DNA of 64,000 nt from Sedimentisphaerales bacterium. Its GTDB lineage: Bacteria > Planctomycetota > Phycisphaerae > Sedimentisphaerales > SM23-30. Shown here in pieces: positions 1-10,003 of this stretch. The stretch covers positions 1-64,000 of the forward strand of contig CAXXFK010000007.1 in the NCBI GenBank assembly GCA_963663965.2, read 5' to 3'. A program made the translations under genes and the position numbers. Within the stretch, counting starts at the first letter, position 1; every line of letters starts with the position of its first letter. The notes beneath the pieces are model-generated. The model searched no databases. It worked only from the letters and a program-made list of their open reading frames with translations, and was not told the origin of the DNA.

Positions 1-450
1 ACACTGCTGCAAGATGATGGGTATGTGATTTTCGAGACGGGCAACCTGGCCGAAATGGCGCCAAAATATTATCGCTGGATCAAAAGCTTTCAATATCCGG
101 ACCATCTGTTTTTCTTCACCATTGAAAATCTCAAAGAGATCCTGGCACGGAGCGGATTTGAGGCGCTGAAGATTTACCGGTATTCGATCCTGCTCGAATT
201 GTGGCCGGAAAAGCTGGTAATGGGCGCCCAAAAACATCTGGCCAGGGCAACCGATCAGCCGGCAGACAACAACAAGAACCCCGCGACCCCGGCGTCCTAT
301 CCAGCAACCCCCCGCTCGAAAATGTGGGCGTGGTTAAAACATGTGTACCAGTATTTTATGTATCTCTTTCGCTATAAAGTCGGGGCCGTCATTAAATCGC
401 AACAACATCCTCAAACCCTGATTGTAGTGGCGCACAAGCGAACCAGATAG
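1..450 (+). CDS. C-terminal part of a class I SAM-dependent methyltransferase (5' end outside window)
   Basis: Frame is open from base 1 (TLLQDDGYVIFETGN...YPDHLFFFT..LKEILARSGF), resembling the C-terminal half of Methyltransf_23-type proteins; ends at TAG 448-450. Confidence 0.6.
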   Translation, partial: TLLQDDGYVIFETGNLAEMAPKYYRWIKSFQYPDHLFFFTIENLKEILARSGFEALKIYRYSILLELWPEKLVMGAQKHLARATDQPADNNKNPATPASYPATPRSKMWAWLKHVYQYFMYLFRYKVGAVIKSQQHPQTLIVVAHKRTR

Positions 451-551
451 GCCAAGTACGACAGGCCGACGGGTTTCTGGCGGCTCATTCGCGCGGGGCC
501 GGCCCTTGCGGGTTCTGCTCAAAATCTATTCAGGGCTTCAAGCGATCCAAA

Positions 552-2735
552 TTATTTCAGCAACGGCGTCAGCACCTCGGACCAGATACGATAGCCCGCA
601 TCATTCAGATGGAGCTGGTCATTCAAATACAGCTCGGAGATCGGTTGACCATTGGCATCCAGATAGCGATCAAACGATTCGGCGATATAATCGATCCGCT
701 TATCCTGTCGCGCTAACGTCAATAAAACATCGTTCATCTGACGTTCGATTTCGATAACGGTGATGCGGCTCTGGCTGGGGCGCAGCGCCAATATAATCAG
801 CCGGGCATCGGGCACGCGTTTAAAGAGCCGACCGCAGAATTCATCAAAATCTTCCTTGACCTGGGCGGGTGACTTGCCGGCCCAGACATCGTTGGAGCCG
901 CAATAAAACACCACGGTTTTGGGCTCATATTGAAGCACGGTTTCTTCCAGATAATGATTGACGTCCGAAATATGCGAGCCGCCGAAACCCCGGTTGAGGG
1001 CGTTGATATCCGGGAAGAACTTGGGAATATTGAGCATACGGATACTGGAACTGCCGACAAAAACGATGCCGCCTTTGGGGAACAGGTCTTTCCGGTCCTG
1101 TTCGGCAAACGCGGCAATTTCCTTAGCAAAGCGGCCCGGATCGGGATCGGGCATCTGGGGCCGGTCGGCGTAAAATAAGTACATCGCGCCATAGGTCCAG
1201 TTGCCTCCGGTCATTCCCGGGAAATTGAAGCGGTCCATGGTCAGCGCCAGATAATCGGCCGGATAGCCTTCCGGCAAGGGAACGACGTTGGGCCAGACGC
1301 GGGTGCCTGATTGGTCATCCCAGGGCGGTAAATCCAGATTGAGTTTGCCGATGGGTTTCAGGTCGGGATAACTGTAACAATAGATGCACCGGTCATTACT
1401 GCCGAAGATCGCATAGCGAACGCCATCAAACATCTGGAGTTGCGTGCCGGTCGTATCTACGGTGACCGGGCCGGCTATCGTCTCAAAGGGGCCGTTCCAG
1501 TGATCCGATTCCCGTATAACGGCGCGATAACCGCCATGATTTTCACAGAGCAACATGCGCCATTTATTGGCCTGGGCATCAAACAGGGTGTGGGTGTCTT
1601 CATAGTTACCGATCAGTCTGGTGGAACGGGCCGACATAATAACCAGGCCACGGCGTGGGTCGCGTTCGGATTGAACGGCCCAGATCTGCTTTTGTTCCTG
1701 GCGGGCTGGATCGGCATAAGCAGAAAACCCGGTCGTCCAGCCGCGCCATTTCTGGTCACGCCGGTCGAATATGATACAGGAGGCCATCTCATTACGCCAG
1801 AGGCCATCGCCCCGGTCAAACAGAATAGCGCCTTCAAACTTGAGATCGAATACAGTAGGATCCATACTGAACACACCCTGGAGGGAATGCTGCAAGCCGC
1901 CGCCGCGCACGGACATGGTCAGCCAGAGCCGGCCACCTTCAATCATGGGCGAGCCATCTTCATAATTGATTGTGCGGATATCCGCCTGGCCAATCCCTGG
2001 AGAGAGCGCCGCGTTAGCCCGGCCCAGGAATACTTTGGTATCCGACCGCAGGCCGGTCAGGACGCGCCAGTTGAACTGGCGAAAGAGGTCTTTGCGGCGC
2101 AGGTCGAAATGGTTGGCGATATCGGCGCGGCCGGCCAATTGGTGGCGGCCATCTTTTTCAACCAGGACATTAAATCCGGTTCCCAGCATCTGAACTTTTA
2201 GGCGAAACGGCAGGGCCGGCATTTGAAATCCATCGGCCTGCAGGGGTTGATCGTCAACGGTTTTGCCATCCACTTGCACCTGCCAGCGCAATTCGCGACA
2301 GCGGCCCTGATCGAATCGACAAACTACTATCAGGCGGCGACTCATATCCTGCTGCGCGAAATCAATTCCCACATCGCCGCTTCCGGAAACCGATTGGATA
2401 TCCAGCAGATACAGGGCGTATGGATTGAAACCACCCACCCAAAGCGCCGATTCGCCGGCCTGGGTTGCGGTGATAGCCAGGGCATCCCCCTGGATGGCGT
2501 ATGACAGAGGCCGGCCGGACAAGGTGGTCTGTGGGTGCATAACCGATAACCCCACTATCGATGCCGGATCGAGCGTTGATAACAGGATGGACTGGGAGTC
2601 ATCCAGAACCATCCGCTTGACGGCCTGGCGATGGAATAGCAGTTCGGTTGGCTTGACTTTATAGGCGGCCTGAGCCAATTGGCCCAGAAACAGTGAAACA
2701 ATCATTAACCGAATCAGGTGAGCGCGTATTTTCAT
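552..2735 (-). CDS. Secreted protein: glycoside-hydrolase-like beta-propeller region fused to a C-terminal SGNH/GDSL esterase
   Basis: Signal peptide (AQA-AY). C-terminal SGNH blocks FVGSSSI, NRGFGGS, YCGSND, DQLHLN. Middle region has ADIR/YEDG/WRGW-type propeller motifs. Confidence 0.7.
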   Translation of the reverse strand: MKIRAHLIRLMIVSLFLGQLAQAAYKVKPTELLFHRQAVKRMVLDDSQSILLSTLDPASIVGLSVMHPQTTLSGRPLSYAIQGDALAITATQAGESALWVGGFNPYALYLLDIQSVSGSGDVGIDFAQQDMSRRLIVVCRFDQGRCRELRWQVQVDGKTVDDQPLQADGFQMPALPFRLKVQMLGTGFNVLVEKDGRHQLAGRADIANHFDLRRKDLFRQFNWRVLTGLRSDTKVFLGRANAALSPGIGQADIRTINYEDGSPMIEGGRLWLTMSVRGGGLQHSLQGVFSMDPTVFDLKFEGAILFDRGDGLWRNEMASCIIFDRRDQKWRGWTTGFSAYADPARQEQKQIWAVQSERDPRRGLVIMSARSTRLIGNYEDTHTLFDAQANKWRMLLCENHGGYRAVIRESDHWNGPFETIAGPVTVDTTGTQLQMFDGVRYAIFGSNDRCIYCYSYPDLKPIGKLNLDLPPWDDQSGTRVWPNVVPLPEGYPADYLALTMDRFNFPGMTGGNWTYGAMYLFYADRPQMPDPDPGRFAKEIAAFAEQDRKDLFPKGGIVFVGSSSIRMLNIPKFFPDINALNRGFGGSHISDVNHYLEETVLQYEPKTVVFYCGSNDVWAGKSPAQVKEDFDEFCGRLFKRVPDARLIILALRPSQSRITVIEIERQMNDVLLTLARQDKRIDYIAESFDRYLDANGQPISELYLNDQLHLNDAGYRIWSEVLTPLLK

Positions 2736-2943
2736 TGATATGCCTTTGGTATGGGATTAGCAATTTGTACGATATTTATCAAACGAGTACTCATTCATAT
2801 TATTTCACAACTGATATTGGAGGCGCCCAACAAAATGAGTTTTTATATGATCAGCTATCGTATAATTTTATGAACTTCCCGAGGAATTGCAAAACAAAAC
2901 GACAAAAACGGTATGTTATGACATTTAAGGAACAGCCCGATCA

Positions 2944-3050
2944 GGCAATGGAGAGGGGTGACTGAAAACCCGGCTGCCGCTCGCAGATGGATGAAAAAGG
3001 CCGCGGATAGCGGCCTGAAAGAAGCGCGTCAAGCGCTTAAAGAACTTTGA
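2944..3050 (+). pseudogene. Remnant of a Sel1-like repeat protein (last repeat only)
   Basis: 2946-3050 reads QWRGVTENPAAARRWMKKAADSGLKEARQALKEL*, a typical Sel1 repeat. In-frame TGA at 2919-2921 upstream and no credible start; adding one G to the G-run at 2955-2958 restores GNGEGV. Confidence 0.6.
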
Positions 3051-3062
3051 GGTCAGTGATAA

Positions 3063-4286
3063 TTAATCCGGAAAAGCTACCATACAGTAGCGCTGGTGAT
3101 TGAATTCGAAAAATTTGATCCGGACCTCGTCGGTTTTTAGTTTTCCACTAAATTCACGTACTTTGTTGGGCAGGAACCAGTAATTGTCTTTTTGATAGGG
3201 CTCGCCTATTTCAAGAATTTCGATCATGGGTTGACCGGCGGCATCGGAGCGGAGCTTATCGACGACGGGTTTGGGTGGCGCGACAAAGGGGAAATAGAGT
3301 TGGCTGACCCGTTCAAAATCGAACGCGTTCATGGCCGCGACTACGGCCTTGAAGAGTTCCCGGCAGGCCTGTGGTTCGGTCATTCCCTCAGGAATAGCCA
3401 TCCCTTTACCGGGCTCGATGATGATATCGATTTCATCATTTACTTCTTCGGCATCGTCAGGAAAGCTGAAAATCCCCGGCGGCACCGGTTGATTATATTC
3501 GATAAATGACATATTCTTAACCGCAATGGTTTTGCGCATCCATTTGTTCAGGTCTTCAGGTTCCAGTTCGGAGGAGGTAAATTCAAGCGGCAGTTTGCTT
3601 ACCGGATCAATGGTATATTCACAGGTACGATCGGATTCGGTTACCCGGACCACAATCCGGTCCTTTTGTGACTCCGGATCGGTAGTGGTTTCGATCGCCA
3701 CCTGATCATTACGGGCGGCGGCTGACAGGCTGTCGCGGAAAAAAGAGGCAAAATCCAGATACCATTGTTTCCGGCGTTCATCGCGTAATGTTTTGAATTT
3801 ACGATTCGTTACGCTGTTATAGAGCCAGTTGCCTTCGGGTATGTCGATCTTGCGCAACGGGCTGCCCGGTAAAAATAAACAGATATGGCTGGGCCCTTTC
3901 CGTGGATTATCAAATTGCATCCAGCATTCCACCGGGCCCTGTTTATAAAATTCGGCTTTAAAATGAACGGATTTAATCGCATTAATCGCTTCGACCGACT
4001 GTTCAATGGCATATGCCGGTGAGGGCGATTTATCTACAAAGACAAAAGCCAGGGCGATACACACCACCGCGATCAGGGCGGCGGTGATTTTAATTTTTGG
4101 TTGGTTCATCATCATACTCCATAGACCCTGTTTCGCGGCCGGCTTCGATGAAACATCATGCCGCTTCAGGGCCTGTTCGATTTCCAGCTCGATCTGGTGA
4201 TCCAGAGAGGCGCTGGTCGTCAATTTTAAATTATCGAAGAGACGGTCTATCTGATTATCTGGCGGTCGCATATCAGAGTTTTCCAT
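3063..4286 (-). CDS. Putative anti-sigma factor (single TM helix, LolA-like extracytoplasmic domain)
   Basis: Short cytoplasmic N-terminus, TM helix ITAALIAVVCIALAFVFV, then AYAIEQSVEAI..IKSVH; overlaps the stop of the upstream ECF sigma gene. Confidence 0.7.
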   Translation of the reverse strand: MENSDMRPPDNQIDRLFDNLKLTTSASLDHQIELEIEQALKRHDVSSKPAAKQGLWSMMMNQPKIKITAALIAVVCIALAFVFVDKSPSPAYAIEQSVEAINAIKSVHFKAEFYKQGPVECWMQFDNPRKGPSHICLFLPGSPLRKIDIPEGNWLYNSVTNRKFKTLRDERRKQWYLDFASFFRDSLSAAARNDQVAIETTTDPESQKDRIVVRVTESDRTCEYTIDPVSKLPLEFTSSELEPEDLNKWMRKTIAVKNMSFIEYNQPVPPGIFSFPDDAEEVNDEIDIIIEPGKGMAIPEGMTEPQACRELFKAVVAAMNAFDFERVSQLYFPFVAPPKPVVDKLRSDAAGQPMIEILEIGEPYQKDNYWFLPNKVREFSGKLKTDEVRIKFFEFNHQRYCMVAFPD

Positions 4287-4818
4287 TGAGTAGTGACCTC
4301 AGTTTCTGAATTCCATAGCGATAGCGCCCCTGGACGGTATTGACCGACTCATGACGCATTTCGGCAATCTGGCGCAGGGTCATCCGGCTGTAGTGTCGCA
4401 AGGTGATGGTTTCTCGCTGTTCATAAGGCAGTTGCGCCAGCGCGTTTATTAATAATCCGGACTCTTCATCGATGATCAGCGCCTGGTCCGGTTGACGCGT
4501 ACTGGAGTCGATCCGGGCGGATATCTCTGGTTCGAGAGTGGCCTGTCGTGATCGCCTGGCAATCCGGTTGCGCGCGGTATTTGCGGTGGCGGTTAGAAGA
4601 TAACCTTTCACGCTTCGGTCGATACACAACTGTCCAAAAGACGCTATCAATTGAGTAAATACTTCATGGATAATATCTTCCGCTTCGGCCCGATCATGCA
4701 CTAATGCCAGCGCTAATCCGAGCAGATCATCTTTATAACAGAGATAAATCTGCCTGAGCGCCTGGGGATCTTTGTGGTTATAGGAGCGGGTAAGCCGTTT
4801 ATCGATAAATGGTTGCAT
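4273..4818 (-). CDS. ECF-type RNA polymerase sigma-70 factor
   Basis: Region 2 (AEDIIHEVF..., GYLLTATAN) and region 4 (LAQLPYEQRETITLRHYSRMTLRQIAE...TVQGRYRYG). Confidence 0.92.
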   Translation of the reverse strand: MQPFIDKRLTRSYNHKDPQALRQIYLCYKDDLLGLALALVHDRAEAEDIIHEVFTQLIASFGQLCIDRSVKGYLLTATANTARNRIARRSRQATLEPEISARIDSSTRQPDQALIIDEESGLLINALAQLPYEQRETITLRHYSRMTLRQIAEMRHESVNTVQGRYRYGIQKLRSLLNGKL

Positions 4819-4969
4819 TTATGTTCCGATTGTCGTGACAGTCGTATTATCCAGAAGTCAACTATAAGACAATCTACCGAAAAAAACCGTATAAAAAATC
4901 GGAAAAAAAGGTATCGGTACGCCGATAAAATGTGGGATTAGTTATTTGAGGCGCCAGTGGGTGAGGTCT

Positions 4970-5872
4970 TTATGTGTTAACGGCATAAAGCCCGTCGAAT
5001 TCGCTCTGAATGATCTCTTTCTCGATATTCCAGGCAATCAGGGACAGGCGAGTCTGGCGGCCCAGCGATTCGACGGGTGGTTTGTATGTGGTGCGCCCGG
5101 CAGCAAGTTCTACAAAGCTCGCGCCGTCATTCAGACGGACATTGCCTTTAAGGCGGAGTAACTCGTTTTGGCGGGCGTGCAGCCAGTGTTCGAGCCGGGG
5201 GCGCGTGATGGGATGGTCGGTTTCAAGGGTCATCGTGTAGATCGTATCATCACGGCATCCGCACATGGGCTGAACCGGGGCCTGATGTACGAGCGATTCA
5301 ATAAAATCCCAAGGTATCCGGGCATACCGCGTTTCCAGTCTGGCTGCCCGGGGATTGAGTTGGGCGGCAACCTGTCGAACCTGTTCCAGTGAGGCCGGTT
5401 CGACCAGGTCGGTCTTGTTGAAGATCAGGCCGTCGGCGGCCATTACCTGACGCCGGGCCGTTTTCATGGTGGCAGCCAAGGTGATAAAATTGGTGCCATC
5501 GATCAGGCCAAGGCAGGCGCGAACCTGCAAGGGAGAATCGGGCAGGGCTTCGTGGATAAAATTTTCGATATCGGCCGTTTCGGCAATGCCGGTCGCCTCG
5601 ATAATGACCCAGTCGGGCGGATCAAGGGCGATCTCGCGGGCCGCGGCAATAAAGGCTGTTTTGGTGCAGACACAAAAAATGCTGCCTTTATTAATCTCAT
5701 ACTTGCGGTAATCGCCTTCTCTAACCAGATGGGTGTCGATATTCAGCCGGCCAAACTCATTGATAATCAATGTGATTTTCTTGCCGGCGAGTTCGGGCAG
5801 GCCAAGCAGATGATTTAAAAGTGTGGTCTTGCCTGAACCTAAAAATCCTGTTAACAACAATACCGGAATCAT
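4970..5872 (-). CDS. COG0523/CobW-family G3E GTPase (metallochaperone)
   Basis: Walker A GFLGSGKTT, INEFG, GSIFCVC metal motif, IEATGIA, NKTD, C-terminal LLRLKG. Confidence 0.9.
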   Translation of the reverse strand: MIPVLLLTGFLGSGKTTLLNHLLGLPELAGKKITLIINEFGRLNIDTHLVREGDYRKYEINKGSIFCVCTKTAFIAAAREIALDPPDWVIIEATGIAETADIENFIHEALPDSPLQVRACLGLIDGTNFITLAATMKTARRQVMAADGLIFNKTDLVEPASLEQVRQVAAQLNPRAARLETRYARIPWDFIESLVHQAPVQPMCGCRDDTIYTMTLETDHPITRPRLEHWLHARQNELLRLKGNVRLNDGASFVELAAGRTTYKPPVESLGRQTRLSLIAWNIEKEIIQSEFDGLYAVNT

Positions 5873-5881
5873 CCTGCCCCC

Positions 5882-7507
5882 TTAAATATCTTTCAGCCAC
5901 TCACGGATAATGCTGACCTCCGGCACTCGCCGGGTTGATTTTAACTGGTAACGGGCCAAAACGACCGCCGGGGTCTGTTCGGGCAATATTCCAAAGCTGC
6001 GAATTTTGTCATCTTCTTCAATGGTGACAATATCGACATCAGCGGCCAGTTCTGTTACGGCCTGTCGGACATGGCTGTCAAGCGCGGCCAGAGAATCTTT
6101 TTGATGACCGAAAAGGTAAAGACAGCCTTTGCGACTTTGCAGGCGCATGCGGAACTTTTCATTGATACGCTGTTGAATCGCCGCGACCAGTTCATCGCGG
6201 GCGGGAATGCGCGACACAAATTTTATCTGGCCATCAATACAGATTGTCGGCACATTGTGTACCATCAGGCTGGACATGAATTTGAGCGCTTCTTTCTTTT
6301 TGATTTTGTGTTCCCGCCACTCAACAATCCCTTCAAATTGCGGGGCAATCTTCCTGACGGCGTCCACCATGTACTGACATGGGGCGCATGCTTCGCTGTC
6401 GAGCGTGATCACATCGACTACCACCTTGCTGAATTGACCATAATCAGACAAATCGAACCGGTCCTCATCTTCGGTTGAGCAATCCATGCGCGCGATGACT
6501 TCCCGGCGGTAAGGATCATGGACAATCTCAACAATCGCCTCGAGGTTTTCCGGTGGTGTGGCATAAGGCAGATCACAACCCGGGGCCAGCAGAAATCCCT
6601 GGCCCCGGCCGGTTTCCAGACAGGCGATGGCGTTTTTCTGGGCATCTATGGGTTCACCAAGCAGCAATACTGTGGTCAGTTGCAGGTTGCCGCCGAAACT
6701 GATGCCTCTTTCAATACAGATATCCCGCACATAATCCAAAGGGATATTCTCGTCGATTGAGATGTTGTCACACTCACATTCGCACATGGCTTTTATGTTC
6801 TGTTCGGCATGGCCGCAGACAAAGAAAGAGCCCAGCGCTCCCTGCTCGCGAATCGACTGAAAAATCGGAGTAATATACGGAGTGACGAACTGCCGGAATT
6901 GGTCGGGCCCGATCTGGCTGGTCATGGGATCAACGACTGCCACAATATCACAGCCCGCATCAATATAATACTGACTCATGGCCAGCGCGACATCCCGGCA
7001 AAAGACCATCAATCGACTCACTTCATCGATATCATCAAACATTTTCATGAAGATATCGGTCCCCAGCAGATGTAATGCCAGTGTGAATGGGCCGGTAATC
7101 AAACCATAAAGGGCGATATCCGGATGATTATTTCGAATTTGTCTGGCGGCCTGAAGCACCAACTGGATGCGTCCTTCATTTGCTCCTGGTATTTTCAAAT
7201 CCTCCAAAGCCGTGCCATTCGCCAGGGGATGGGATACAACGGCCGGAGGGTTATCATTGGCCCAGATCAGTTCGCAACCCAGCACTTCTGCTTCAAGCTG
7301 TAAATCGAATGTGACCGGCAAGCCATCGGGCTGATAGCGACGAACCGCCTCGGCAGCACCGGCAACTATGTGATTTTCATTTTGAAAATAGGTTTCCGCG
7401 GACAATCCTAATAAGGAGGCCGCATGGCAGCCGACAAAAGGGATCCATGGAACACGATCTATCTCCTGACATCGTACGGCATTTAAAACGCGTTGACGCG
7501 GGATCAT
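5882..7507 (-). CDS. Uroporphyrinogen decarboxylase/MtaA-like methylcobamide methyltransferase family protein with two C-terminal thioredoxin-like domains
   Basis: DRVPWIP, FDLQLEAEVLGC, GPFTLA, GGNL and LAPGCD motifs; then DSEACAPCQYM (CxxC). Start placed at ATG 7507 because GGAG precedes it. Confidence 0.85.
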   Translation of the reverse strand: MIPRQRVLNAVRCQEIDRVPWIPFVGCHAASLLGLSAETYFQNENHIVAGAAEAVRRYQPDGLPVTFDLQLEAEVLGCELIWANDNPPAVVSHPLANGTALEDLKIPGANEGRIQLVLQAARQIRNNHPDIALYGLITGPFTLALHLLGTDIFMKMFDDIDEVSRLMVFCRDVALAMSQYYIDAGCDIVAVVDPMTSQIGPDQFRQFVTPYITPIFQSIREQGALGSFFVCGHAEQNIKAMCECECDNISIDENIPLDYVRDICIERGISFGGNLQLTTVLLLGEPIDAQKNAIACLETGRGQGFLLAPGCDLPYATPPENLEAIVEIVHDPYRREVIARMDCSTEDEDRFDLSDYGQFSKVVVDVITLDSEACAPCQYMVDAVRKIAPQFEGIVEWREHKIKKKEALKFMSSLMVHNVPTICIDGQIKFVSRIPARDELVAAIQQRINEKFRMRLQSRKGCLYLFGHQKDSLAALDSHVRQAVTELAADVDIVTIEEDDKIRSFGILPEQTPAVVLARYQLKSTRRVPEVSIIREWLKDI

Positions 7508-7519
7508 ACAAAACTCCAC

Positions 7520-7544
7520 TAAGTATTTATGAAATAAACGATTA
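7520..7544. promoter_or_regulatory. 25-bp TAA-N4-TT-N7-AA-N4-TTA motif (IHF-like double half-site)
   Basis: TAA GTAT TT ATGAAAT AA ACGA TTA; similar copies at 13676, 13783, 30629, 45394 and 60190, all intergenic. Confidence 0.5.
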
Positions 7545-7767
7545 GGAAAAACACACTTGTAATCAGGCCGAATCTGTTCATCATCGGAATGACGTTATCA
7601 TAGCTACTTGGTAAGTTATTTTATGTGATCTAAATCACAAAATATGCCCACTTTCTATAACTCGAGAAGTTTGGTATTTAAATTGAAGGCATGGCAAGAT
7701 ATAGTTTATGTATTCACTGATATTGATATTAACTGTCACCTTTGAGTTAATGATTGAAGGATTTTCA

Positions 7768-9186
7768 ATGAAACGACAGCGCAGCAGCCATAATGCAACG
7801 TTTATTACAGGATTAATAATAACCATCATATTGATGGCGGAAATGGGAACCTGTTTGTGGGGTGAAATACTGAATGAACGTGAAATGCAAGATTGCAAAT
7901 ATGTTGTTGTGGTCAGCGCTGCTACGAATTCTGATGCCGGCTGGAAACAGTCGGTTAGCATTTTACAGGAAAAATATCACGCCAATGTGGTCCAATGGGT
8001 AAAAGAGCCCAAAGAGTGCCTTGGGAAACTACAAGATCTCTTTCCAGATTATGTTTGTTTTGTCGCGACTCCCACAGAAGCCGGCCGGGATTTTGTGACT
8101 GAAATCCATCAAATGATGAGAGAACTGGATGAGGATCCCTATACCGATGCTATCTGGGCCATCCTGACCGGTTACAATAGTGACGATGCCCGGCGAATCG
8201 CCAGTCATCGTGAAGCGTTAGAGGCTAAAAGAATTTTAACGGCTACGGTTGGGGCGCCGATGGATGGCTATGAAACCGGCAAAATGTATAATGAATTAAA
8301 AAGCAATGAATTATGGGAAAAGCGGGCGGATGGCACTATTGAGAAAATAAATTGTCCAACAGATATCACTGAACTTATCGCCGAGGACATGAACACCTAT
8401 CAAGCGGATGTCTGGATCACCAGCGGTCATGCTACCGAAAAAGACTGGAATCCGGGTTATGGATATCGATGCGGGCGTTATCTGTGTGACCAGGGCACAC
8501 TTTATGGACAGGACCTGAAAGGAGAAAAACATCCCATTAATTCATCCGGCCCCAGGGTATTACTGGCGATTGGTAACTGCCTGTTGGGACATATTTCTGA
8601 TGAAAACTGTATTGCATTGGCGTTTATGCATTCCGCCGGGGTGTATCAATTATTGGGTTATACTGTTACTACCTGGTATGGTTATGGCGGCTGGGGTGTC
8701 AAAGACTATTTTTCCGAACTGCAAGCGGGTCGATTTACGCTGGCCCAGGCCAATTATGTCAATAACCTGGCTCTGGTTTACGAACTGGAAAAAAGCGGCG
8801 GCAAGGAACGCGGTCTGGTTTATGACCGTGATGTTGTGGTGCTGTATGGTGACCCGGCCTGGGCAGTGAAGATGACGCCCAGACAACTGCCCTGGCGTCA
8901 GGAATTAACCGAAAAAGATGGAATCTATACCTTCAAAATTATCGGGCAGGAAAAAGGTGACTGGGACAACCGGCCGGTTATTGAACTGCTGCCCCATCGA
9001 ATTAAGAACATCGATTTGCTTAAAGGGGGTTCATACCATCCGGTTATTACAGATAACTTTATTCTGGTACCCGTTCACAAAGGGCTGGAGCCCATGAAAG
9101 GCAATAAGGGAGAAACGCTGCCGATCCGCGGCGATTACACGATAGGTGATACTATTGAAATTCAATTTAAGGCCGATCGGATATAG
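7768..9186 (+). CDS. Secreted clan CD (peptidase C25/gingipain-like) cysteine peptidase-like protein
   Basis: N-terminal hydrophobic segment; TSGHAT (His) and IGNCLLG (Cys) dyad spacing; VLYGDP motif like the C25 LLGDP. Start at ATG 7768 after GAAGGA. Confidence 0.55.
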   Translation: MKRQRSSHNATFITGLIITIILMAEMGTCLWGEILNEREMQDCKYVVVVSAATNSDAGWKQSVSILQEKYHANVVQWVKEPKECLGKLQDLFPDYVCFVATPTEAGRDFVTEIHQMMRELDEDPYTDAIWAILTGYNSDDARRIASHREALEAKRILTATVGAPMDGYETGKMYNELKSNELWEKRADGTIEKINCPTDITELIAEDMNTYQADVWITSGHATEKDWNPGYGYRCGRYLCDQGTLYGQDLKGEKHPINSSGPRVLLAIGNCLLGHISDENCIALAFMHSAGVYQLLGYTVTTWYGYGGWGVKDYFSELQAGRFTLAQANYVNNLALVYELEKSGGKERGLVYDRDVVVLYGDPAWAVKMTPRQLPWRQELTEKDGIYTFKIIGQEKGDWDNRPVIELLPHRIKNIDLLKGGSYHPVITDNFILVPVHKGLEPMKGNKGETLPIRGDYTIGDTIEIQFKADRI

Positions 9187-9196
9187 TCATTAAAAA

Positions 9197-10003
9197 CTAC
9201 AGATCACGCCGATTGAAAACAAAAAGACCGGCCAGCCAACAAAAGAATGCTATCGCCCAGAGTATTAACAAATCTGTCAGCGGACAGGTTCCGGTTTTAA
9301 TAATCGCGAAGGGACGATAGTAGGTCAATACACTCAGAAAATCAACCCGTTCGGCCGCCGGCCAGTATTGGGCCAGGAAATTGAGCAGAAACGATCCCAG
9401 AACCAGAATAAATGAGATACCCGCCGCCTGAGAGCGTTGATTCGAGAGCGCCGCAACCAGGTAGATCATGCCGCCAACCGACAAATAGAGCGCCCACAGA
9501 TTAATCATCACGATCATAATCGTCCGCGGGGCAAGATGCAGATGGGGTTCCATATAGGTTCGGCCGATCAGGTGCCCGGTCAGGCCCATAACCAGCACGA
9601 CCAGGCCGGCCACAATCCATACCAGGGTATCATTGATATAAACCCTGGCGCGGGAAACCGGCCAGCTCATCACCACATTCATGGTACCACGATCCAACTC
9701 CGCCGTTGGCAGTCGCGTCCCCAGGGCCAATTCATGTCCCCAAAGCAATAATAACACCACCGGGTGAGCCCAAAGCAGCGACTGAATCATTTCGATTCCA
9801 ATTTGATCGCCAATGGCCGGGCCCAGCAGGGTTTTCATCATGGAACGGATAAAAGGCATTTGCAGGGCATTAGGGAATTGTTTGGCTACCACCGGCAGTA
9901 AACGACTCAACAATAACTCCACAACAATAAAACCAATGCCGCATAGAACGGTTACCAATCTTGACTCGAGATACCCTTTATGTAACAAACCCCGATTGAT
10001 CAT
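9197..10003 (-). CDS. ABC-2 type transporter permease
   Basis: Several TM helices; AELDRGTMNVVMSWPVSRARV motif; start overlaps the ATPase stop. Confidence 0.88.
   Translation of the reverse strand: MINRGLLHKGYLESRLVTVLCGIGFIVVELLLSRLLPVVAKQFPNALQMPFIRSMMKTLLGPAIGDQIGIEMIQSLLWAHPVVLLLLWGHELALGTRLPTAELDRGTMNVVMSWPVSRARVYINDTLVWIVAGLVVLVMGLTGHLIGRTYMEPHLHLAPRTIMIVMINLWALYLSVGGMIYLVAALSNQRSQAAGISFILVLGSFLLNFLAQYWPAAERVDFLSVLTYYRPFAIIKTGTCPLTDLLILWAIAFFCWLAGLFVFNRRDL

Noticed and set aside
1440..2201. Long antisense or alternate-frame ORFs (also 39933-40679, 41568-42188, 22984-23604)
   Set aside because: Shadows of well-supported genes on the opposite strand, with no motifs of their own.
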